Positions 50,369-58,728 are shown, numbered from the stretch's first letter. The stretch: DNA of 64,000 bases from Dehalococcoidia bacterium (GCA_965204605.1 OZ241999.1:364598-428597), one strand, 5' to 3'. Notes: generated by a model not told the origin, from the sequence alone. Numbers and translations: made by a program.

Positions 50369-50839
50369 CTACCAGCGATAGTGAGCGAATGCGCGGTTCG
50401 CCTCCGCCATTCGATGCGCCTCTTCCCTGCGCCGCACCGCCGGACCCTGATTGCGCGCCGCTTCCAGAAGTTGAATAGCGAGGCTTTCGTGCATAGGCCG
50501 GCTGCCCCGCTGCCGCGCCGCCGTGATGATCCAGCGCATCGACAGCGCCATCCGCCGCGTCGGCCTGACTTCCGTCGGCACCTGATAAGTGGCGCCCCCG
50601 ACCCGCCGCGACTTCACCTCAAGCAACGGCGTTGCGTTGCGAAGCGCCTGCTGAAAGACCTCCAGCCCCGGACGGTTCGCTTCCTGCTCCACCATATCCA
50701 GCGCCTTATACACAATTCGCTGCGCGGTAGTCTTCTTGCCGCTCCACATCACCCGATTGATGAACTGGCTCAGCTCCACGCTGCCGTACTTAATGTCCGG
50801 CGGCGGGATTCTCACTTCAGCCCTTCTGCGACGCGCCAT
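50369..50839 (-). CDS. rpsG: 30S ribosomal protein S7
   Basis: MARRRRAE.R....D.KY.S.....FIN..M..GKK..A..IVY.A ... ends AHYRW. Confidence 0.95.
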   Translation of the reverse strand: MARRRRAEVRIPPPDIKYGSVELSQFINRVMWSGKKTTAQRIVYKALDMVEQEANRPGLEVFQQALRNATPLLEVKSRRVGGATYQVPTEVRPTRRMALSMRWIITAARQRGSRPMHESLAIQLLEAARNQGPAVRRREEAHRMAEANRAFAHYRW

Positions 50840-50973
50840 AAATCCTATCTCTCTTGTCCTGTGATGCTTGCCTTATGCAAATGTACGCTCCCCTGCAATG
50901 AAGAGGGGAGCAACCGGCGAATCTCTTCAGTTCGTTGCCCTTGCGCGAATATCGGCAAGCGCTTTATGGGGCG

Positions 50974-51384
50974 CTAATTTCGTTTGCTGCCGTACTTGCT
51001 GCGCCCGCGCTTGCGCCCGTCCACGCCCGAAGTGTCCAGCGCGCCGCGCACCACATGGTAGCGTACGCCCGGCAGATCCTTCACGCGCCCGCCGCGTATC
51101 AGCACAACCGAGTGTTCCTGCAGATTATGCCCTTCGCCCGGAATGTACGCCGTAACCTCCATCCCGTTAGTCAGCCGCACGCGCGCCACCTTGCGAAGCG
51201 CCGAATTCGGCTTCTTGGGCGTCTGCGTCCGAACCTGCGTGCAAACCCCGCGCTTCTGAGGCGAACCGGCATCGCGGCGTCCGCGATTGCGAAGCGAATT
51301 GAACGAAAACCGCAACGCAGGCGCCTTGTCCTTCTTTCGCTTCTGCTTCCTGCCCTTCCGCACCAGCTGATTCACCGTAGGCAT
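50974..51384 (-). CDS. rpsL: 30S ribosomal protein S12
   Basis: [13 protein letters not shown] from ATG 51384, plus [63 protein letters not shown]. Confidence 0.96.
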   Translation of the reverse strand: MPTVNQLVRKGRKQKRKKDKAPALRFSFNSLRNRGRRDAGSPQKRGVCTQVRTQTPKKPNSALRKVARVRLTNGMEVTAYIPGEGHNLQEHSVVLIRGGRVKDLPGVRYHVVRGALDTSGVDGRKRGRSKYGSKRN

Positions 51385-51504
51385 ACTTCTACCCCGTTCA
51401 CTCCATTGGAAACACGATGCGCCAAGCGCGCAAAGAAACAAAGTCGTAGCAGACAAACATTTTACATTCAGTATTAAACTAATGTCAACTATTATGCGCA
51501 AACC

Positions 51505-51612
51505 GGTATTCTCACACTGCAGGGTTTATCAGTTTGAAATCTTCTAGGAAGCCCTGCATTGGCGAATACTTCGCTGTCCATACACCCAATACCACTTCAG
51601 AGTGAGAATACC
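51505..51612. mobile_element. MITE derived from the IS1-family element at 55210..56034
   Basis: 108-bp element. The left end is GGTATTCTCACACTGCAGG. The reverse complement of the right end is GGTATTCTCACTCTGAAGTGGTATT, which matches the IS left inverted repeat (GGTATTCTCACTCTTAAGTGGTATT) at 24 of 25 positions. No coding capacity and no clear target-site duplication. Confidence 0.65.
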
Positions 51613-51828
51613 GAGCCGCAGCAGTATGAGCATTGCATATCGTCGCGATAGACTCGTTGCATCGGGGAGAGCTTTACTATGGATGATTTAGGCGTCAATT
51701 TCAACCCAATTATGTCACGCTTACACTTCACGTGATGGGAATATCCATTAGACTTTTAGGCTTGCGTATCGGCGCTACGGCGGGTATTCTATTGAAATCG
51801 GGGATTTAGAGAAAAGCGCGCCGCCGCT

Positions 51829-52272
51829 TTGGAGCAGACTGTCGCCGTGAATACGCCGTCAAGACCGGATATGATTTCCGTCCTGGAAGATCAGGGCTAT
51901 CGCGTTACCGCGCCGCGCCGCAATATCGTGAGCCTGCTTGACCGCAAAGAGGGCGGCTTCACCGCCGAAGAGATAGCCTATGAACTGCCCAAGGTGGGCA
52001 GGGCGACGGTGTATCGCACTATCAAACTGCTGGTGGATGCCGGGGTTGTGTGCAAGGTGGCGTTGCCGGACGGCACGCCGAAGTACAGCCTTGCGCGCAT
52101 TGAGCATCATCATCATACGGTCTGCGTGAACTGCGGCAATGTGGGCGAGTTCAGCGCCGCCACCATTGAGCGGCTGATTCGTTCCATCGGCAAAGATATG
52201 GCGGGCGAGATTGTGGGGCATCGGATGGAGTTTCATATCATTTGCGAGGGATGCGCCGACGCGCGCAAGTGA
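51829..52272 (+). CDS. zur: Fur-family metalloregulator, probably Zur
   Basis: Winged helix (G.R.T..R..I...L......FTAEEI...L.....ATVYRT..LL...G.V), HHHH.V.C..CG ... C..C metal sites. Adjacent to znuA/znuB. The start is uncertain (TTG 51829, or downstream GTG/ATG 51871). Confidence 0.8.
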   Translation: MEQTVAVNTPSRPDMISVLEDQGYRVTAPRRNIVSLLDRKEGGFTAEEIAYELPKVGRATVYRTIKLLVDAGVVCKVALPDGTPKYSLARIEHHHHTVCVNCGNVGEFSAATIERLIRSIGKDMAGEIVGHRMEFHIICEGCADARK

Positions 52273-52620
52273 ACTGCGCGGCATTTCCCGAAAGATCGAT
52301 GGCTTTATCGGATATGCCGACGCCTGACATTGAACTGTGCTGCATTCCCACAAGATCGACGGCTTTGCGGATGCGCCGACGTCCGCGATTGAACTGCCCA
52401 GCATTTCCACAAGATCGACGGCTTGACGGATGCGCCGACGTCCGCGAATGAACTGCCTAGCATTCCCACAAGAATGACGGCTTTGGCGGGTGCATCGACG
52501 TCCGCGATTAAACTGCCCGGCGTTCTCGCAATATCGAGGGCTTTGGCGGATGCGCCGACGTCTGCAAGCGAACTGCCCAGCATTCCCGCAAGATCGACGG
52601 CATCGGCTTAGGCGCCGCTC
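52270..52620. repeat. Array of six ~60-bp head-to-tail tandem repeats (non-coding, not CRISPR)
   Basis: Unit starts are 52270, 52331, 52390, 52449, 52509 and 52569 (periods 61/59/59/60/60). Approximate consensus: TGAACTGCCCAGCATTCCCACAAGATCGACGGCTTTGCGGATGCGCCGACGTCCGCGAT. Most units carry GCGGA-N10-TCCGC. Confidence 0.9.
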
Positions 52621-52637
52621 ACAGATTAACCCGCGCG

Positions 52638-53468
52638 CTATGCCATCCTGCGCTTGAATGCGGCGGCTAGGATGAACAGCGCGGTTGCTACCAGCGTCAT
52701 TGCCGGGCCTGAGGGCAGGTTTAGGTAGAACGACATGTACAGCCCGCATACCGCCGATAGCGCTCCGATGCAAGCGCCGGCGGCCATTGCGGAGGCGAAT
52801 CGGCGCACCAGCAGGAACGCCGTCGCCGCGGGTATTATCAGCATTCCTACGACCAGCACAAGCCCTACCGCCTGCAGCGTAATGACGATGATTATCGCCA
52901 GCAGCGCCAGCAGCAGGTAGTCCAGCATGCGCGTGGGTATGCCCGCCACTTCTGCGCCCATGCGGTCGAAGCTGACGAATACGAGCTCTTTGTGGAAGAG
53001 ATACAGCGCCGCGAACACGGCGGCGGCGAGCGACGCGGTGATATAGACGTCGGTCATGGACACGCCGAGGACCTGTCCCAGCAGCACGCTTTCCAGGTCT
53101 AGGGTTATGCCGTCCGCCGCTGATAAGAGCGCCAAGCCGAGCGCGAACATTCCCGCGAACAGGATGCCGATGCCGATGTCTTCGGATAGGTTGGTGCGGT
53201 GGGTTAGGTAGCCGATTAGCAGCGCGACCGCTATGCCGGTGACGGCGGCGCCCCAAATGGGCGCTATGCCCAGCAGAAAGGCGATGACCATTCCGGGCAG
53301 AACGGCGTGCGCCATGGCGTCGCCCATAAAGCCGAGTCCGCGCGTAACCACATAGCAGCCCACCGCCGGCGCGATTATGCCCACCAGCATTGTTACCATA
53401 AGGGCGCGCGTCATAAAGCTATACTTAAACGGATCCAGCAGCAAGCCTATGAAATTGCCGTCCATCAT
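52638..53468 (-). CDS. znuB: Metal (Zn/Mn) ABC transporter permease, ABC-3 family
   Basis: 276 aa with about 8 TM helices. Motifs: F..RAL......G......G..VV.RGL.F.GDA..HA.LPG and L......D.......G. Confidence 0.85.
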   Translation of the reverse strand: MMDGNFIGLLLDPFKYSFMTRALMVTMLVGIIAPAVGCYVVTRGLGFMGDAMAHAVLPGMVIAFLLGIAPIWGAAVTGIAVALLIGYLTHRTNLSEDIGIGILFAGMFALGLALLSAADGITLDLESVLLGQVLGVSMTDVYITASLAAAVFAALYLFHKELVFVSFDRMGAEVAGIPTRMLDYLLLALLAIIIVITLQAVGLVLVVGMLIIPAATAFLLVRRFASAMAAGACIGALSAVCGLYMSFYLNLPSGPAMTLVATALFILAAAFKRRMA

Positions 53469-53631
53469 TCGCTCTTTGCGTTTTCAGCGCTTCGCTTTGT
53501 TGCGCCGCCGCCGCGCGCATATGCAGTCTCTATGCAACCGCGCGCGCGGGCTTTCCGACGCTATCAATTGTATCTCAAAGCGCGCCGCCGGTTGCAAGAT
53601 TGCAAAGTTCGGCGACGCTATCGAGAGAGTT

Positions 53632-53659
53632 GCGGATGCGCGGGAGGGCGCGCATCCGC
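53632..53659. other. Perfect 11-bp hairpin in the znuA-znuB spacer (GCGGATGCGCG-ggaggg-CGCGCATCCGC)
   Basis: Arms at 53632..53642 and 53649..53659 with a 6-nt loop. Lies 25 nt downstream of the znuA stop on the transcribed (minus) strand. No U-run follows. Confidence 0.6.
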
Positions 53660-53683
53660 GGGAGGGATGCTTGTTGTGGGCGC

Positions 53684-55114
53684 TTATTGCAGCGCGTCCA
53701 CGATGGTGTTCACGTTGGAGCGCATAAAGCCGAGGTAGGTGTCCGCGCCGCTGCCCGGAGCGCCCAGCGCGCCGCTGTAAAGCGGGGGCGCTATTTTGGC
53801 GTCGGTTTCGTCGGCGACGCGCTCGGATAGGCTGTCGCTGACGGTGGTTTCGGGGAATATGGCGGGGGCGTCCACTTCTCGGATACGCTCGATCAGCTCC
53901 GCGATTTCGCGCGCGCTAGGCTCCACCTCGGTGGTGCCGCCGGGTATGACCGTGCCTACGACCTCGAAGTGGTAGAGCGCTGCGAAATACCCCATGCTAT
54001 CGTGCGATGTAACCAGCAGTCTGCGGTCCTCGGGGATATTCTCTACTTCCTGCTCTATCCATTCGTGCAGCGCGTCCAGTTCGGCGTTGTAGGCGTGGGC
54101 GCTGCTTAGGTAAGCCTGCGCGCCGTTCAGGTCGAGCGTGGCGAGCCGCGCCGATATGTCCGTGACGGCGCGCTTGACGCGCAGCGGGTCGAACCAGAAG
54201 TGCGGGTCTAGCGAACCGTGGTCGTGGCCGGCGTGCGGGTCGGAATGGTCATCGTGGTCGTCGTGACCCTCGTCTTCGTCATGTTCGTCGGCGTGTTCGT
54301 CGTGGTCTTCGTCGTGATCCTCGTCCTCGTCATGCTCGTCGGCATGGTCGTCGTGGTCTTCGTCGTGATCCTCGTCCTCATCGTGTTCGTCGGCGTGATC
54401 TTCGTCGTGATCCTCATCATCGTCGTGTTCGTCGGCGTGTCCGTGAGCATGGCCGGCATGATCGTCGTGGTCGTCGTCCTCCGATTGGAACGGGATCGGA
54501 TTAACGCCTTCGCCCAGCGCGATAACTCTTTCGGGGTCGGCGGCGGCGTTATGGATGAGTTCTTCGAGCCAGGACGCTTCCAGATGCAAGCCCATGCTGA
54601 ATATGAGGTCGGCTTCGGCTACCCTGACGACGTCCTGCGCGCCGGGGCGGTAGGTGTGGGGATCGGCGCCTGCGCCAAGCATGCTGAACACTTCCACGCG
54701 GTCGCCGCCCACGACATTCACCCAGTCGGCTATGATGCTGGTGGTGGTTACGATGCTCAGGGGTTCTGCCGGCTCGGTCATTGCCATGGCGGGCGCTACT
54801 GTCGCGGCGGGGCGGCGGACGGGCGCTGCGGTGGGTCGGGCCGACGCTGCGGCGGGCTGAGCGGCAGGAGCGGGGGCAGCCGGCATAGCTGCGGGCGCTG
54901 CGGGTTGAGCGGGCGCCGGAGCGGCCGGCGGGATTGGGGTTGCGACGGGCTGAGCGGGCGCGGACTGCTGAACGGCGGGGGCAACGGACTGCGCCGGCGC
55001 TGCGGGCGTCGGGGTTGACGAGCAGCCTATCAGCGCTACGGCGGCAAGGGCAAGCGTCAACGCTATCAATATAGCGGGCATGCCGCCTATCCCAAGGTTT
55101 AGTTTGGTTCGCAA
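53684..55114 (-). CDS. znuA: Zinc ABC transporter substrate-binding lipoprotein ZnuA with giant His/Asp/Glu-rich loop
   Basis: TTG 55114 follows an AGGAG RBS. Lipobox LIGCSS, then an Ala/Pro-rich linker and the cluster-9 SBP fold (DPH.Y.P...D......ADL.......LE.W ... DPH.W.DP). The loop of about 90 aa is DDDHDDHAGHAHGHADEHDDDEDHDEDHADEHDEDEDHDEDHDDHADEHDEDEDHDEDHDEHADEHDEDEGHDDHDDHSDPHAGHDHG. Confidence 0.85.
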   Translation of the reverse strand: MRTKLNLGIGGMPAILIALTLALAAVALIGCSSTPTPAAPAQSVAPAVQQSAPAQPVATPIPPAAPAPAQPAAPAAMPAAPAPAAQPAAASARPTAAPVRRPAATVAPAMAMTEPAEPLSIVTTTSIIADWVNVVGGDRVEVFSMLGAGADPHTYRPGAQDVVRVAEADLIFSMGLHLEASWLEELIHNAAADPERVIALGEGVNPIPFQSEDDDHDDHAGHAHGHADEHDDDEDHDEDHADEHDEDEDHDEDHDDHADEHDEDEDHDEDHDEHADEHDEDEGHDDHDDHSDPHAGHDHGSLDPHFWFDPLRVKRAVTDISARLATLDLNGAQAYLSSAHAYNAELDALHEWIEQEVENIPEDRRLLVTSHDSMGYFAALYHFEVVGTVIPGGTTEVEPSAREIAELIERIREVDAPAIFPETTVSDSLSERVADETDAKIAPPLYSGALGAPGSGADTYLGFMRSNVNTIVDALQ

Positions 55115-55222
55115 TGTGTATTTCTCCTAATCAATACTTCGTATCAATAAATCCAAGAGGGCATTGTAATACAAGGTATCAATATAAGTCAACATTTGAT
55201 TTGAAAAATGGTATTCTCACTC

Positions 55223-55700
55223 TTAAGTGGTATTGAGATTGTGCGCAAACACCGGCGCAAACAGATTCACCAGCATATCCACGCTCTTTGCGCATCCCAT
55301 TGTCCGACGCGCTAACCGACTCAACTTCCCGCGCAGCATCGAATGCAACCCTTCGTTCCAGTTCACCGCGCCGCACTTCCCAACCACATGCTTATTGACC
55401 GGCAAAGCGCCATACACTCCGTAAGCGTCAGTCTCGTAGCTCGCCGCATCGCCAGCCGCTCCAACAATCGCAAGAATGTGGCCTCGTCCCTGCCGCCCGC
55501 ATCAAAGTCTATCCACCTGCTCCCATCGCGCTCTTCCATCGCCGCCGTTCACACCCACACGCTGTTGCGCTTTTCTTTGCGCCTACCGTCCACATATGTC
55601 CACATTCGTCAAACGCTATGGTAGATGCAACGATTGTCGTAGAGCTGCCACTCGCGCGCCTAGCGCTCAATGCGCGCATCCGTTCACGCGCGACTTCCCC
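55223..55700 (-). pseudogene. insB: IS1 InsB-like transposase remnant (several frame disruptions)
   Basis: My manual three-frame reading finds InsB-like pieces in different frames: FDECGHMWTVGAKK / RNSVWV(TGA)TA..EERDGSRWIDFDAGGRDEATFLRLLERL / DAASYETDAYGVYGALPVNKHVVGKCGAVNWNEGLHSMLRGKLSRLARRTMGCAKSV. This implies more breaks than the single programmed -1 shift of IS1. Confidence 0.6.
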
Positions 55701-55968
55701 CCTTTCCGAGCCAGCGGCTCACCGTAGCAACACTTGCGCCCACTACGCGCGCCGCATCCGACATGCTCGCGCCCTCTATACACATCTGAACCGCTTGCCG
55801 TTTGACTTGTTCCGGGAAGCGCGGCTGCTCGGCGTCCGCCGTGTACTTCCTCTTGCAGTCACCGCACTTGTACACTTGCCGCCCGCGTGTGTGTCCGTCT
55901 TTGGGCATCCAATTGGAGCCGCAGCGTCGGCATCTGATGTCTTGTCGATATACCCTTTCGCGCGCCAT
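55684..55968 (-). CDS. insA: IS1 InsA-like protein (zinc finger + HTH)
   Basis: 94 aa with CRRCGS........G......YKCGDCKRKY (zinc finger) and a C-terminal HTH (MSDAARVVGASVATVSRWL). Confidence 0.7.
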   Translation of the reverse strand: MARERVYRQDIRCRRCGSNWMPKDGHTRGRQVYKCGDCKRKYTADAEQPRFPEQVKRQAVQMCIEGASMSDAARVVGASVATVSRWLGKGGSRA

Positions 55969-56050
55969 AGCTCACCCTCCTAGATAGTGGTTTGAGCGCC
56001 ATTATATCTAATACCACTCACCATTAAGAATACCCACAAAGGAGCGTGGA

Positions 56051-56233
56051 ATGGCAACTACTACAAAGGAAAGGGTCAGCACACTTGAAAGGCGCTATGA
56101 GCATCTTGCGACGAAGGCGGATCTGCATGCGCTTGAGACGCGGCTGGTGAAGTGGATGGTTGGGATGATGCTCGGCGTGATTGCATCGGCGGTGATGGCG
56201 ATTGTATCGGCGGTAGCTAGACTGCTCAATTAG
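56051..56233 (+). CDS. Small coiled-coil plus C-terminal TM protein (DUF1640-like)
   Basis: 60 aa with AAGGAG 7 nt upstream. LATKADLHALETRLVKWMVGMMLGVIASAVMAIV resembles DUF1640/CCDC90-like tail-anchored proteins. Confidence 0.45.
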   Translation: MATTTKERVSTLERRYEHLATKADLHALETRLVKWMVGMMLGVIASAVMAIVSAVARLLN

Positions 56234-56310
56234 CGCAAACGGCATCGCGCATCAAGAGCAATCTAAAGGCAAAGGCGCAGGGGCGCAAATATAGGTAGAA
56301 AGGCATAGGA

Positions 56311-56346
56311 AAGCCCCCGACGATTGATTCGTCGGGGGCTTTCGTT
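56311..56346. terminator. Bidirectional rho-independent terminator (small ORF / groEL)
   Basis: AAGCCCCCGACG-attgatt-CGTCGGGGGCTT followed by TCGTTT, with an A-rich 5' flank. Confidence 0.7.
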
Positions 56347-56399
56347 TGGCCGGTTTAGCCGCTGATGCCGATGCCGCGTTGTGGGCGGCGGTTGGCGGT

Positions 56400-58010
56400 C
56401 TAGTAGTCCATCGGGGGCATTGCGGGGGCGGCGGGCTGCTCTTCCTTGACGTCGGTTATGAGGGACTCGGTGGTGAGCACCATGGATGCGACGCTTGCGG
56501 CGTTCTCAATAGCGGCGCGGGTTACCTTTGCGGGGTCCATGATGCCGCGCTCGAGCAGGTGTCCGAACTCGCCGACTTCGGCGTCGTAGCCCCAGTCGCC
56601 TTCGGCTTTGATGCTTTCGGAGAGTATGACTTCGCCGGATACGCCGGTGTTTTCGGAGATGAGCTTGAGGGGCTGCTCCAGCGCTTTGCGGAGAATGCCC
56701 ACGCCAGTGGCTTCGTCGCCGCTGAGGGATACGCCTTCCAGGGCGTCGCGCGCGCGGATGAGCGCGAGGCCGCCGCCGGGGACGATGCCCTCTTCCACTG
56801 CGGCGCGGGTGGCGGACAGGGCGTCCTCAACGCGCTGCTTCTTTTCGCGCAGTTCCACTTCGGTAGCCGCGCCAACCTTGATGATGGCGACGCCGCCGCT
56901 GAGCTTGGCGAGGCGCTCTTGGAGCTTCTCGCGGTCGAAGTCGGAAGTGGTCTCGTCGATCTGCGCCTTAATCTGGTTGATTCTGCCGGTGATGGCGGGA
57001 TCTGCGCCGGAGCCGTCCACGAAGATGGTCTCTTCCTTGGACGCCACCACGCGGCGCGCCCTGCCGAGGTCTTCCACAACCACGGAGTCCAGCTTGCGGC
57101 CGACCTCTTCGCTGATGACTTGGCCGCCGGTGAGGATGGCGATGTCTTCCAGCATAGCCTTGCGGCGGTCGCCGAAGCCGGGCGCTTTGACGGCGAGGCA
57201 GTTGAGCGTGCCGCGCAGTCGGTTGACCACGAGCGTGGCGAGCGCTTCGCCTTCGATGTCTTCGGATACGATGACCAGGTTCTTGCTGACCTGCAGGATC
57301 TTTTCCAGCGCGGGCAGCACATCGGATACGGCGGACACCTTCTTGTCGGTGATGAGGATGTAGGGGTCGTCGATGGACGATTCCATCTTGTCTTGGTCGG
57401 TGATGAAGTAGGGGGATATGTAGCCCCTATCAATCTGCATCCCTTCGACGAATTCCTGCTCGAAGCTGAGCCCCTTGGACTCGTCAACGGTGATGACGCC
57501 GTCCTTGCCCACGCGCTCCATTACGTCGGCGATAAGGCCGCCCATTTCGTCGTCGTGCGCTGACAGGGACGCCACTTGCGCTATCTGCGTCTTGCCTTCG
57601 ACGGATGTGGACATGCTGCCGACCTGGTCGCGGAGGGCGGCTACGCCCTTTTCGATGCCGCGCTTGAGCGCCATGGGGTTTGCGCCTGCGGCGATATTCT
57701 TAAAGCCTTCGTGGATGATTGCCTGCGCTAGGACGGTGGCGGTGGTGGTGCCGTCGCCGGCGACGTCGTTGGTCTTGCTGGCGGCTTCTTTGAGGAGCTG
57801 GGCGCCCATATTCTCGAAGGGGTCTTCCAGCTCAATCTCTTTGGCGATGGTAACGCCGTCGCTGCAGACCTGCGGGGGGCCGAACTTCTTGTCGAGCACC
57901 ACGTTGCGACCTTTGGGTCCGAGGGTAACGCCGACGGTGCTTGCCATAGTGTCAATGCCGCGCTTCATGGCTGCGCGGGCGTCCTCACTGAAAGTGAGTT
58001 GCTTGGGCAT
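56400..58010 (-). CDS. groEL: Chaperonin GroEL (Cpn60)
   Basis: 536 aa with [22 protein letters not shown] and a C-terminal ...PAMPPMDY. Confidence 0.97.
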   Translation of the reverse strand: MPKQLTFSEDARAAMKRGIDTMASTVGVTLGPKGRNVVLDKKFGPPQVCSDGVTIAKEIELEDPFENMGAQLLKEAASKTNDVAGDGTTTATVLAQAIIHEGFKNIAAGANPMALKRGIEKGVAALRDQVGSMSTSVEGKTQIAQVASLSAHDDEMGGLIADVMERVGKDGVITVDESKGLSFEQEFVEGMQIDRGYISPYFITDQDKMESSIDDPYILITDKKVSAVSDVLPALEKILQVSKNLVIVSEDIEGEALATLVVNRLRGTLNCLAVKAPGFGDRRKAMLEDIAILTGGQVISEEVGRKLDSVVVEDLGRARRVVASKEETIFVDGSGADPAITGRINQIKAQIDETTSDFDREKLQERLAKLSGGVAIIKVGAATEVELREKKQRVEDALSATRAAVEEGIVPGGGLALIRARDALEGVSLSGDEATGVGILRKALEQPLKLISENTGVSGEVILSESIKAEGDWGYDAEVGEFGHLLERGIMDPAKVTRAAIENAASVASMVLTTESLITDVKEEQPAAPAMPPMDY

Positions 58011-58067
58011 CGTTTTCCTCCTGTTGAAATTATGCTGATGCGGTAGATGTGCGGGTTTGCGCGCCGC

Positions 58068-58373
58068 CTACTTCTTGAACAGGATGTCGTCTTCGCGCAG
58101 GACGAGGTATTCGGCGTCGCCTTCTTTGTACTCGGTGCCGGCGTACTTGGAATAGACGACGGCGTCGCCTACGGCGAGTTCCATAGGAACGCGCTTGCCG
58201 TCGTCGGTGAGTCGGCCGGGGCCGACTGCCACGACTTCGCCTTCCTGCGGCTTCTCTTTGGCGGTGTCGGGGATGTAAATGCCGCCTGCGCTCATCTGCT
58301 CCTCAGCGTCAGACGGCTTCACAACCACCCGATTGCCGAGCGGCTTGAAAGTGGTTTGGGTTGCTGTCGCCAT
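58068..58373 (-). CDS. groES: Co-chaperonin GroES (Cpn10)
   Basis: [14 protein letters not shown]....[23 protein letters not shown] ... KYAGTE. Confidence 0.95.
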   Translation of the reverse strand: MATATQTTFKPLGNRVVVKPSDAEEQMSAGGIYIPDTAKEKPQEGEVVAVGPGRLTDDGKRVPMELAVGDAVVYSKYAGTEYKEGDAEYLVLREDDILFKK

Positions 58374-58473
58374 TATCTTTTAGACCTCCAATAATGAACT
58401 CTGTAACCGTTCGAGTTTGATGTCCCGCAATTGCGCCGAAAGCGTCCGTTTGGGCGCCGGCGGTGCGGGCGAA

Positions 58474-58500
58474 TTAGCAGACAAGCGGTTCGTCTGCTAA
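58474..58500. promoter_or_regulatory. CIRCE-like HrcA operator variant (TTAGCAGAC-N9-GTCTGCTAA)
   Basis: Perfect 9-bp inverted repeat with a 9-nt spacer, about 100 nt upstream of groES. The consensus CIRCE is TTAGCACTC-N9-GAGTGCTAA; the outer TTAGCA/TGCTAA halves are identical. Confidence 0.7.
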
Positions 58501-58505
58501 TTTCA

Positions 58506-58535
58506 AATATAACGAAAGTGTTACAGCGTTGTCAA
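58506..58535 (-). promoter_or_regulatory. groESL sigma70-type promoter (TTGACA-18-TATATT) just upstream of CIRCE
   Basis: Minus strand: -35 TTGACA (58535..58530), 18-nt spacer, -10 TATATT (58511..58506). CIRCE starts 5 nt downstream of the -10 box. Confidence 0.55.
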
Positions 58536-58728
58536 CAAATTGTTACAAAAGTCAATGGGATTGGGGGTTAGGTTGTTGGGATTTGTGAACGCAGGGGCGC
58601 AAGGGATAATGTAATCAAGGCAGCGGTTGCCGCGCGCAATTCGTTTTGCTATCTACCCATTCTGCGCGGTATCGTTTATCCTGTTTGTTGGCGCAATTAA
58701 GCCTATCTCATATGGGAAGCAGACGCAT

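Larger units (their letters stand above)
55210..56034 (-). mobile_element. IS1-family insertion sequence, apparently decayed
   Basis: Terminal inverted repeats GGTATTCTCACTCTTAAGTGGTATT (55210..) and, on the reverse complement at 56034, GGTATTCTTAATGGTGAGTGGTATT. Contains an InsA-like ORF and a fragmented InsB-like reading frame. Total length of about 825 bp is close to IS1. Confidence 0.75.

Noticed and set aside
52305-52583. ORFs encoding a repeated peptide (ADVGASAK...) across the tandem array, on both strands.
   Set aside because: The unit length drifts (61/59/59/60/60 bp), so the peptide repeat falls out of frame after one or two units. No RBS is present. These ORFs are by-products of the DNA repeat.
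52270-52620. Possible CRISPR array (about 60-bp periodicity).
   Set aside because: The entire 60-bp unit is conserved between copies. There is no alternation of identical repeats with unique spacers, and no cas genes are nearby. It is a plain tandem repeat.
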